From an uncultured Acidobacteriota bacterium (lineage in GTDB: Bacteria > Acidobacteriota > Thermoanaerobaculia > UBA5066 > Gp7-AA6): a stretch of 64,000 nucleotides of DNA. Where the stretch lies: contig CAWHTA010000002.1 in the NCBI GenBank assembly GCA_963832145.1, positions 675,224 through 739,223 of the forward strand, read 5' to 3'. The notes below the pieces were generated by a model, which worked only from the letters and a program-made list of their open reading frames with translations, ran no database searches and was not told the DNA's origin. This document shows positions 27,408 to 34,783 of the stretch, piece after piece. Both the position numbers and the translations under genes were made by a program. Positions within the stretch are counted from its first letter, which is position 1, and every line of letters begins with the position of its first letter.

Positions 27408-28766
27408 ATGAGCCAGAAGGTCCTCGTCGTCGACGACGACGCCGGCATCCGCGACACCCTCCGGATGATCCTCGAGTACGAGGGTTACGAGGTTGCCACG
27501 TCGCCGGACGGGAAGACCGCGCTCGCCGACCTGGAAGCCGGCCCTGTCGACGCCGTGTTGCTCGACATCAAGATGCCGGGCATGGACGGCCTCGAGGTTC
27601 TCGATCGGATCGTGGCGCGGGAGAGCGCCCCGCCGGTTCTCATGATCTCCGGGCACGGGGACATCGCGACGGCTGTGGAGTCCACCCGCCGCGGGGCCGT
27701 CGACTTCCTGGAGAAGCCCCCGCAGCGCGAGCGGATCCTGGTCTCGCTCCAGAACGCGCTCTCGCGCAACAAGCTTCGCGCCGAGAACGAGAGGCTCCGG
27801 ACCGCGCTCGAGGAGGAGTCGGTCCTCGTGGGGAAGAGCGCCCCGATGCAGAGGCTCCGCCAGGAGGTCGCGCGCGCGGCGCCGACCGGAGCGACCGTAC
27901 TCATCATGGGGGAGAGCGGGACGGGCAAGGAGCTCGTCGCGCGCGAAGTTCACCAGGCATCGCGCGTCGCGAGCGGTCCGCTCATCCAGGTCAACTGCGC
28001 CGCGATTCCGGAGGAGTTGATCGAGTCGGAGCTCTTCGGCCACGAGAAGGGGTCGTTCACCGGAGCGGTGCGGCGCCAGACGGGGAAGTTCGTCGAGGCC
28101 GACGGCGGCACGATCTTCCTGGACGAAGTCGGAGACATGTCCGCTCGGACCCAGGCGAAGGTGCTTCGGGTCCTCGAGGCGGGAGAGGTCGAGCCGGTGG
28201 GCGCGGCCCGCGTGCGCCAGGTGAACGTGCGCGTCATCGCCGCCACGAACCGCGACTTGACGGAAGCGATCCGGGAGGGGCGTTTCCGGGAAGACCTCTT
28301 CTTCCGCCTGAACGTCGTCCCGGTCCGGACCCCGCCCCTTCGCGAGCGGGCTGAAGACATCCCCGAGCTCGTCGAGCACTTCACCCGGCGATACTGCGCG
28401 CGCGACCACTGCCGGCCACGCCGATTCGGCGCCTCGGCCCTCGCCCTGCTGAAGGCGCGCTCCTGGCCCGGCAACGTGCGGGAGCTGAAGAACCTGGTCG
28501 AGCGCGTCCTGATCATGACGGACGCCGATCCGATCGAAGCGAAGGACCTGCCGCCGGAGGCGCGCGTCTCGCCGAACGAGATCTCGACGAGCGGGCTCGC
28601 GATGACGACGCTCTCCGAGTTCAAGGAGTTCGCGGAGCGCCAGTTCCTCATGGCGAAGCTGCGGGAGAACGGCTGGAACATCAGCCGCACCGCGGAGGCG
28701 ATCCAGACCCCGCGCTCGAACCTCTACAAGAAGATCGAGCACCACCGGATCACGCGCGACACGTAA
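27408..28766 (+). CDS. sigma-54-dependent response regulator (NtrC family): receiver + AAA+ + HTH
   Basis: I chose the start MSQKVLVVDDD (ATG 27408). The track start GTG 27390 is also possible. Receiver Asp 'VLLDIKMPGMDG', Walker A 'GESGTGKE', 'GSFTGA' (GAFTGA variant), C-terminal Fis-type HTH. No adjacent histidine kinase. Confidence 0.9.
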   Translation: MSQKVLVVDDDAGIRDTLRMILEYEGYEVATSPDGKTALADLEAGPVDAVLLDIKMPGMDGLEVLDRIVARESAPPVLMISGHGDIATAVESTRRGAVDFLEKPPQRERILVSLQNALSRNKLRAENERLRTALEEESVLVGKSAPMQRLRQEVARAAPTGATVLIMGESGTGKELVAREVHQASRVASGPLIQVNCAAIPEELIESELFGHEKGSFTGAVRRQTGKFVEADGGTIFLDEVGDMSARTQAKVLRVLEAGEVEPVGAARVRQVNVRVIAATNRDLTEAIREGRFREDLFFRLNVVPVRTPPLRERAEDIPELVEHFTRRYCARDHCRPRRFGASALALLKARSWPGNVRELKNLVERVLIMTDADPIEAKDLPPEARVSPNEISTSGLAMTTLSEFKEFAERQFLMAKLRENGWNISRTAEAIQTPRSNLYKKIEHHRITRDT

Positions 28767-28769
28767 GTT

Positions 28770-28858
28770 AGCTCTCAGCGTTCAGCTGTCAGCTCTCAGC
28801 TTCCGGCATCCTCGTCGGCTTGCTCCGGCTGATGGCTGACAGCTGATAGCTGATAGCT
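28770..28858. repeat. CTGA-heptad hairpin element (copy c), 31-nt arms
   Basis: Left arm agctctcagcgttcagctgtcagctctcagc (28770-28800). Right arm gctgatggctgacagctgatagctgatagct (28828-28858). 26 of 31 positions are complementary, with a 27-nt loop. It is followed by tttcccg, then GTG 28866. Confidence 0.9.
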
Positions 28859-28865
28859 TTTCCCG

Positions 28866-29441
28866 GTGACCATCGACGACTTCACCGCGGTGGGAGCCCT
28901 TCTCACCGGCCACTTCCGTCTCTCGTCGGGCCTCCACTCCGACCGCTACCTCCAGTGCGCGCGGCTCCTCATGTGGCCCGAACGCGCCGAGCAGGCCGGC
29001 CGCGACCTCGCCGCGAAGCTCGCATCCGTTTCGCCGCAGGCGGTCGTGTCCCCCGCGATCGGCGGAATCGTGATCGGTCACGAGGTCGCGCGGGCTCTCG
29101 GGGTCCGCGCGCTCTTCGCCGAACGCAAGGACGCTTCGTTCGTTCTGCGGCGCGGGTTCGCCCTTTCTCCCGGGGAGCGCGTCGTCGTCGTCGAGGACGT
29201 CTTCACGACGGGTGGCTCGACGCGTGAGGTGTGCGCTGCGGTCGAGTCCGCCGGCGGAACGGTCGTGGGCGTCGGGTCGATCGTGGACCGCGGCCTTCCC
29301 GCGGGCGCCTTCGCCGTCCCCGCGAGCTCGCTCGTCTCGCTCGACGTTCCCGCCTGGCCCGAGTCGGAGTGTCCGCTCTGCGCCCGCGGCGACGCTTTCG
29401 ACGTCCCGGGCAGCCGTCTCATCGCGAATAGGGGCGCCTGA
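28866..29441 (+). CDS. pyrE: orotate phosphoribosyltransferase
   Basis: 191 aa, GTG start. 'GHFRLSSGLHSDRYLQC', PRPP loop 'VVVVEDVFTTGGS'. Confidence 0.9.
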   Translation: MTIDDFTAVGALLTGHFRLSSGLHSDRYLQCARLLMWPERAEQAGRDLAAKLASVSPQAVVSPAIGGIVIGHEVARALGVRALFAERKDASFVLRRGFALSPGERVVVVEDVFTTGGSTREVCAAVESAGGTVVGVGSIVDRGLPAGAFAVPASSLVSLDVPAWPESECPLCARGDAFDVPGSRLIANRGA

Positions 29442-29490
29442 GCGAAAAAGCGCGCTCCGTTATCGCGTTTCCGTCTTACCCTTTCGGTCC

Positions 29491-30069
29491 ATGGAAATCA
29501 CGACGATCTGCGTCTACTGCGGAGCGAGCGCGACCCGCGAACCGGCCGTCGAGACCGAGATCCGCACTTTCGGCCGCGAGATCGCTCGACGCGGGATCAC
29601 CCTCGTCTACGGCGGCTCCTCGCTCGGACTGATGGGCGCGCTCGCCGATGAGGTGCTCGCCGCCGGCGGCAAGGTCATCGGCGTGATCCCGAAGACGCTC
29701 GTGGGCCGCGAGTCGGCGCACAAGGGGCTCACGGAGCTCAAAGTCGTTTCGACGATGCACGAGCGCGAGCAGGTGATGTCGGACCTCGGCGACGCGTTCG
29801 TCGCGTTCCCGGGCGGATTCGGCACGCTCGTCGAGATCATCGAGATGATCACGTGGAAGCAGCTCGGCATCCACGGAAAACCGATCGTCATCGCGAACAT
29901 CGGCGGGTACTTCGACGCGCTCCTCCAGCAGTTCGACACCGCGATCCGACACCGCTACGCGCGACCGGAGGACAAGATCCTGTGGGCGGTGGCGCCGAGC
30001 ACGAAGGCGATCCTGACGCTCCTGGAAGGCGCGCCCGTGCTCTTCCGCAAGTCGGGGGATTGGGCCTGA
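29491..30069 (+). CDS. LOG family (TIGR00730) protein, putative nucleotide 5'-monophosphate nucleosidase
   Basis: This is the last 192 codons of track ORF 29212..30069, from ATG 29491. 'VYCGAS', 'LVYGGSSLGLMG', 'PGGFGTLVEIIE'. Confidence 0.85.
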   Translation: MEITTICVYCGASATREPAVETEIRTFGREIARRGITLVYGGSSLGLMGALADEVLAAGGKVIGVIPKTLVGRESAHKGLTELKVVSTMHEREQVMSDLGDAFVAFPGGFGTLVEIIEMITWKQLGIHGKPIVIANIGGYFDALLQQFDTAIRHRYARPEDKILWAVAPSTKAILTLLEGAPVLFRKSGDWA

Positions 30070-30096
30070 ACGGCACCCGGTAGCCGGGATCGGGCC

Positions 30097-31065
30097 TCAG
30101 CGCTCCGTCTTGTCGGCTTCCGGCTTCCGGCTTCCGGCTCCCGATTCCCGCAGCTTCAACTCCTCGAGCAAGGTGCGGTTGATCCCCACGAGGTCGGCGA
30201 GGAGCGCGATCAGGAAGGTCTGCGCCCCGACGACGATCAGGACCGCCGCGAGGATGAGCGACTGGACGTGGCCGGCCGGGTTCTGGCCGGTGAAATAGAA
30301 CCAGAGATACCGGAGCCCGAGAAGGGCGCCCGCGAGCACGAAAACGGCCGCCGCGGCGGAGAACATCTTGAGCGGCTTGTAGAGAGCCGTGATGCGCAGG
30401 ACGTTGGCGCCCTGCACGAGGACGTACTTGCCCGCCGACGCGAAGAGCCGCGAGCGCCGCGCCGTGGGACGCGCAGCGACGGGCACCGAGGCGACCCGGA
30501 GGTCCTTCGATCCCGCTTGGATCAACGTCTCCAGCGTGTAGGTCATCCGCGAAAACACGTTCACGCGCCGCGCCGCCTCGCGCGAGAGGGCGCGGAACCC
30601 GGAGGCGGCGTCGGGGACCTCCAGTCCGGACGCCTGGCGCACGACCCAGCTGCCGACCCGCTGGAGAAGCCTCTTGCCGGCCGAGAAGTGGGCGAGCTTT
30701 CCCGCGGCGCGGTCGCCGATGACGAGGTCCGCGCGCCCGGCGAGAACGGGCTCGACCAAGGCGGGGATGTCCGCGGGGTCGTACTGGAGGTCGGCGTCGA
30801 AGTTCACGATGACGTCCGCCCCCATCCGGAGCGCCTCTTCGAGGCCCACGGAAAAGGCCGCGGCGAGCCCGCGGTGGGCGGGTAGCCGAACGACACGGTC
30901 GGCGCCGTTCGAGCGCGCGACCTCCGAGGTGCGGTCGGTCGAGCCGTCGTCGATAACGAGGATCTCGACCTCGTCGAACCCGGCCACGTTGTGGTCGAGG
31001 ACCGCGAGGGCTTTCGGGAGGAGCTCCTCTTCGTTGAACGCCGGAATCTGTATGACGAGCTTCAT
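30097..31065 (-). CDS. GT2 polyprenyl-phosphate glycosyltransferase (GtrB/CsbB/DPM1-like) with two C-terminal TM helices
   Basis: 322 aa. 'IQIPAFNEE', 'LVIDDGSTDRT', 'DADLQYDP' (DxD region). C-terminal helices 'FSAAAAVFVLAGALLGL' and 'LILAAVLIVVGAQTFLIALLADL'. Confidence 0.85.
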   Translation of the reverse strand: MKLVIQIPAFNEEELLPKALAVLDHNVAGFDEVEILVIDDGSTDRTSEVARSNGADRVVRLPAHRGLAAAFSVGLEEALRMGADVIVNFDADLQYDPADIPALVEPVLAGRADLVIGDRAAGKLAHFSAGKRLLQRVGSWVVRQASGLEVPDAASGFRALSREAARRVNVFSRMTYTLETLIQAGSKDLRVASVPVAARPTARRSRLFASAGKYVLVQGANVLRITALYKPLKMFSAAAAVFVLAGALLGLRYLWFYFTGQNPAGHVQSLILAAVLIVVGAQTFLIALLADLVGINRTLLEELKLRESGAGSRKPEADKTER

Positions 31066-31071
31066 GGAGGA

Positions 31072-31138
31072 AGCTTTCAGCTGTCAGCGATCAGCTTTCA
31101 GCCGTCCGCTGATAGCTAATGGCTGACGGCTGATGGCT
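31072..31138. repeat. CTGA-heptad hairpin element (copy d), 31-nt arms, 5-nt loop
   Basis: agctttcagctgtcagcgatcagctttcagc (31072-31102), loop cgtcc, then gctgatagctaatggctgacggctgatggct (31108-31138). It contains the stop codon (31084-31086) and the last ~17 codons of the upstream minus-strand CDS. Confidence 0.9.
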
Positions 31139-33321
31139 CTCACGATGAGCGCCGCAAACGCGACCAAACCTACACCGGAAATCAACAGTTCCCTGCGCGG
31201 GATCGCGAACCTCCCCTCCACCCGGTGCCGCCCGGGCGGAAGCTCGATGCCGAAAAAGATCCCGTTTGCCGTGAAGCCTTCGGCGCGCCGCCCGTCCAGC
31301 GAGAAGCGCCAGTAGGGGCCGAAGCGCTTGTGGGAGGAGACGAGGAGCGAGTCGAGCGGAGTTTCGGTCTCGAGCACGAAGCGCTCCGGCTCGAACGCCA
31401 CGACGCGCAGCGAGCCGCCCGAGCCCCGCGACCTCTCGGCCGGCGCCAGACGCCGCGCGATCTCCGGCGCCACGAAAACTCCCGTCGCGAGCGTCGCGCG
31501 GTCCGCCGTTCGCACCTCCTCGATCCCTCCGGGAAGCGCGCGGGTGACGAGCCAGAACCGCGGAAACGCGCTCGGGCGGGCGAAAAGGGTGAGGTCGTCC
31601 CCGTCGAAAATCTTCGGGAATCGGCGCGGGTCCGGGTCCGGGCGGCCCGCTCCGGACGGCTCCATCGCGGCGGCATCGAGCCGCTCGATGTTCCGCCCCG
31701 TCGGGTGCGCGGAGCCGGGGGGCGCCGCGAGCGTCTTCACGTTCAGGAGGTCGAGGACCGGCGAAGCCGGATCGAGCGACCGCGGGTTGAAGACCAGATA
31801 GGTCCCGTACCTTCCGAACGCGTTGGGATCCGCGGCGGAGAGGAGCCGGCGGTACGCGGCGTCGTGGAGCAGGTGCCCGCGGGCGTCCTCGAGGCCGAAG
31901 ACCTCGGACACGTTCGGGAGGAGCGTCCATCCGGCCGCCGCGAACCGGCTCGGGGACGATCGATCGGCCTCCTGCAGCCGCGCGATGCCGGGCGTGGTCG
32001 TGAAGACCGCGTCGGAGGGTTTCGCCACGGAGTGAAAGTCGAGAGCGTGAAACGCCATCGGGACCGCGATCAGGAACGGCGCGGTCCGGAGGGCGACCCC
32101 GCGGAGGCCGCTTCCCGCCGCGAAACGCTCGAGCAGCTCGGCGCCGCACGCCGCGAGAACGGCGATGGCGAGCACGATCAGGATCTTCGACCGCGCGAAG
32201 AGCGCGTTGTCGAGGAAGGGGACCGATCCCACCAGCCGGAGAATCGAGCCGCCGCCGTAGAGCGGGATTGCGACGGCGGCGGCGAGAACGGATGCCCACG
32301 CCGCGAGGGTCCGCCGCTTCCGCGAAAAGAGCCCGATCGCCGCGAGCCCGCCCGCGACGAGCCCGACGCCCGCCGCGGTCTCGACGTAGTTGTCGCCCGG
32401 GATCCAGCCGACCCCGCGATAGTCCCCGCGCCGCGTGTTGCCCTGGTAGTCCGGCAGGAGATAGAGGCGGAGGTGCCGGAGGGGCAGCGCGAACGCGGCG
32501 CCCATGCCCTTCCGAACCTGCTGGTACCCGGACGCTTCCACGAAGCGCGCCGACGCGAGGATCGATGGGAGGAGGATCGCGATCGCGATTCCCGCGGCGA
32601 GGGAGAGGCGCAGAAACGCCTTTGGCGCTGCCCCGCGCTCCCGCACCGCGCGAAAAACGAAGTAGAGCGCTCCGGCGAACGCGCCGTAGAGAATCCAGTG
32701 CGGAAAGCCGCCGGCGAGGCAGAGGAGGAAGGCGGCCGCGGCAAACGCGATCGACCGAGCCGGACGCTCCTCTCCGAAGGAGCGGTCGACCGCCGCGAGA
32801 AGCAGGGGATACGTGACCGAGACGGAGGTCTGCATCCAGAGGCCCCACACCGTCTGACCGGTCGAGAACGCCCAGGCGGCGGCGCCCGCGGCGGCGGCGA
32901 GGTCCGAAAACCCGCGTCCCCTCAGGAAGAGCCACGCCGCGAGGTAGGCGAAGTTGAACTTCAGGAAGAGGATTCCGGACTCGATCCACGCTTCCGGCAG
33001 GGTGATCGAGGGGAAAACGACGAACGGCGAGAGGAATCCCTGCGCGAGGTGGAACGGCCCGATCGATCCCGACGAGATCCACGGGTTCCAGAAGAAGCCG
33101 CGGGGGAAGTCGCGGTATCGAACGAGCGTGGTCTCGCCCGCCGCGGCGGGGTCGGCGAGCAGGGGGTTCTCGACGCGAAGCACGCCGCGGTCGGTCGCGC
33201 GCCAGGGGTGGTGCGCGCGAACGAACTCGTGCGAGGAAAGGACGCGGCCGCGCGCGAGGAGCGGAGCGAAGAGGACGAGGTCGAAGACGAGGAGGGTGGC
33301 GAGTCCGAGGCGGCGGGACAA
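31084..33321 (-). CDS. large polytopic membrane protein, YfhO-like (GT-C-type) putative glycosyltransferase
   Basis: 745 aa, TTG start. About 12 or more hydrophobic segments, a YfhO-like 'FFWNPWISSGSIGPFHLAQGFLSPF' region, and a C-terminal ~300-aa non-membrane domain plus a final TM. The family call is pattern-based. Confidence 0.6.
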   Translation of the reverse strand: MSRRLGLATLLVFDLVLFAPLLARGRVLSSHEFVRAHHPWRATDRGVLRVENPLLADPAAAGETTLVRYRDFPRGFFWNPWISSGSIGPFHLAQGFLSPFVVFPSITLPEAWIESGILFLKFNFAYLAAWLFLRGRGFSDLAAAAGAAAWAFSTGQTVWGLWMQTSVSVTYPLLLAAVDRSFGEERPARSIAFAAAAFLLCLAGGFPHWILYGAFAGALYFVFRAVRERGAAPKAFLRLSLAAGIAIAILLPSILASARFVEASGYQQVRKGMGAAFALPLRHLRLYLLPDYQGNTRRGDYRGVGWIPGDNYVETAAGVGLVAGGLAAIGLFSRKRRTLAAWASVLAAAVAIPLYGGGSILRLVGSVPFLDNALFARSKILIVLAIAVLAACGAELLERFAAGSGLRGVALRTAPFLIAVPMAFHALDFHSVAKPSDAVFTTTPGIARLQEADRSSPSRFAAAGWTLLPNVSEVFGLEDARGHLLHDAAYRRLLSAADPNAFGRYGTYLVFNPRSLDPASPVLDLLNVKTLAAPPGSAHPTGRNIERLDAAAMEPSGAGRPDPDPRRFPKIFDGDDLTLFARPSAFPRFWLVTRALPGGIEEVRTADRATLATGVFVAPEIARRLAPAERSRGSGGSLRVVAFEPERFVLETETPLDSLLVSSHKRFGPYWRFSLDGRRAEGFTANGIFFGIELPPGRHRVEGRFAIPRRELLISGVGLVAFAALIVRAISRQPLAISGRLKADR

Positions 33322-33327
33322 GTGCCG

Positions 33328-33410
33328 AGCTATCGGCTGTCAGCTATCAGCGATCAGCCGAGCCCGAGAGCCCCCGGGAGCTGAAAGCTGACAGCTGAAG
33401 GCTGAGAGCT
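33328..33410. repeat. CTGA-heptad hairpin element (copy e), 31-nt arms
   Basis: agctatcggctgtcagctatcagcgatcagc (33328-33358), a 21-nt loop, then gctgaaagctgacagctgaaggctgagagct (33380-33410). Confidence 0.9.
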
Positions 33411-33417
33411 TCCCTCG

Positions 33418-34386
33418 TCATCGCTTCCTCGCGATGATCACGCGAAAGTAGGAGTCGACCCAGCCCCGCTCGAGCAGGTGGTCCTCGAGCGCGATCAGGC
33501 GGGAGAGCGCCCCCGTCGAGTCGCCGCGCAGCCGCTCCATGTCGAGGCAGGGGAAGATGAACCAGAGGATGTTGCCGCCGTAGGGCCGCTCTTCGGCGAT
33601 CTCGAAGTGGCGCGCGAGGATCGGCCGGATCGCGCTCGACCGGATCGATTCGGACGGGTCGTCGAGCGGAAGCGGGATCATGAGCTCCGGGCGGTTCTTG
33701 AGCTCCTCGGGCAGCGAGTCGAACGCGCTCCGCGCGAAGCCCCACTCTTCGTCCGTCCAGTCGGAGCGAGACGGGCCCATGTACTCGTCCAGGTAGACGA
33801 CGCCGCCGGGCTTCAGGGACTGGCGCACTTCGACGAGCACCCGCTCGATCTGGCGGATGTGGTGGAGCGATCCGTGGAAGAACACGATGTCGTACCGGGC
33901 GTGCGGGAGCTTCAGGGCGTTGATGTCCTCGACCCGGTAGTCCAGGCGGTCGGAGAGGTGGGCCTCCTCGGAGGCGAACCTCGCCTCGCCGATCGCGTCC
34001 TCGGAAAAGTCGATCCCTTCCATCCGGTCGCAGATCCCCTTCGAGAGCACGTCGCGCTCGAGGAGACCCGCCCCGCACCCGACCGAGAGCCCGAGCGGGA
34101 AGGGCGGACGCGCGTACGCCTCCGAGAACCACTCCATCGGCCACCGATTGGGGTCTCCGGTCACCCGCCGGTTGATGGTCCGGCGGACGAGTGGCTGGGC
34201 CCCCCAGTAGTGGTCCTCGGCCTCGCGTGTGCCCTCGGAGCTCCAGAACCGCCGGGCGGCGGCGGTCTCCGCGCGTTCCTCGCGGAGGGAGGTCCAGCGG
34301 CGCACGAGCGACGAGAGAGACGCTCGGAGTGGAGAGGGCATGGATTGCTCAGATGATACGGGATCGGGGCCGCGGACGGATTCCAC
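33418..34386 (-). CDS. class I SAM-dependent methyltransferase
   Basis: 322 aa. Motif I '[15 protein letters not shown]', '[12 protein letters not shown]', '[12 protein letters not shown]'. Confidence 0.8.
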   Translation of the reverse strand: MESVRGPDPVSSEQSMPSPLRASLSSLVRRWTSLREERAETAAARRFWSSEGTREAEDHYWGAQPLVRRTINRRVTGDPNRWPMEWFSEAYARPPFPLGLSVGCGAGLLERDVLSKGICDRMEGIDFSEDAIGEARFASEEAHLSDRLDYRVEDINALKLPHARYDIVFFHGSLHHIRQIERVLVEVRQSLKPGGVVYLDEYMGPSRSDWTDEEWGFARSAFDSLPEELKNRPELMIPLPLDDPSESIRSSAIRPILARHFEIAEERPYGGNILWFIFPCLDMERLRGDSTGALSRLIALEDHLLERGWVDSYFRVIIARKR

Positions 34387-34394
34387 TGCCGGAT

Positions 34395-34423
34395 TTGCGC
34401 CGCCCTTCCGACTCTGTTAGATT
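34395..34423 (+). promoter_or_regulatory. candidate sigma-70-type promoter upstream of the tRNA-Val pair
   Basis: TTGCGC (34395-34400), 17 nt, TAGATT (34418-34423). Motif match only. It lies about 120 nt upstream of the first tRNA. Confidence 0.25.
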
Positions 34424-34542
34424 CCCCCGTCCTTCGGGTCAGGTCGGAGAGCTCTTTCTCAATCAGGGACGATGGCCGGGTAGAAAAGCCCCCGCGGGCT
34501 TCCGGCCGGTAGCCCCCCGCTCCGGAAACGGTCGGGAAGCAC

Positions 34543-34617
<75 letters not shown>

Positions 34618-34631
34618 ACTCTTCGAGGCGA

Positions 34632-34707
34632 AGGCGCTTAGCTCAGCTGGGAGAGCGCTACCTTCACACGGTAGAGGTCAACGGTTCGATCCCGTTAGCG
34701 CCTACCA
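34632..34707 (+). tRNA. tRNA-Val (anticodon CAC), CCA encoded
   Basis: Acceptor aggcgct/agcgcct, anticodon stem ctacc/ggtag with loop ttCACac, T-arm aacgg-ttcgatc-ccgtt, a + cca. Confidence 0.9.
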
Positions 34708-34783
34708 GAGAAGTTCGGAACGACGCGGGGTGACCCGCGTTTTTGATTTTTTGGGACCAGAAAAGTTTCGGAATCGGGAGAAC

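Noticed and set aside
28770-33410. Heptad arrays considered as a CRISPR array or as coding repeats (translations such as SAISYQLSAIS)
   Set aside because: The units are 7 nt long with no spacers, far too short for CRISPR. They contain stops in all frames on the 3' arm, so they cannot encode protein. I classified them as structured intergenic repeats instead.
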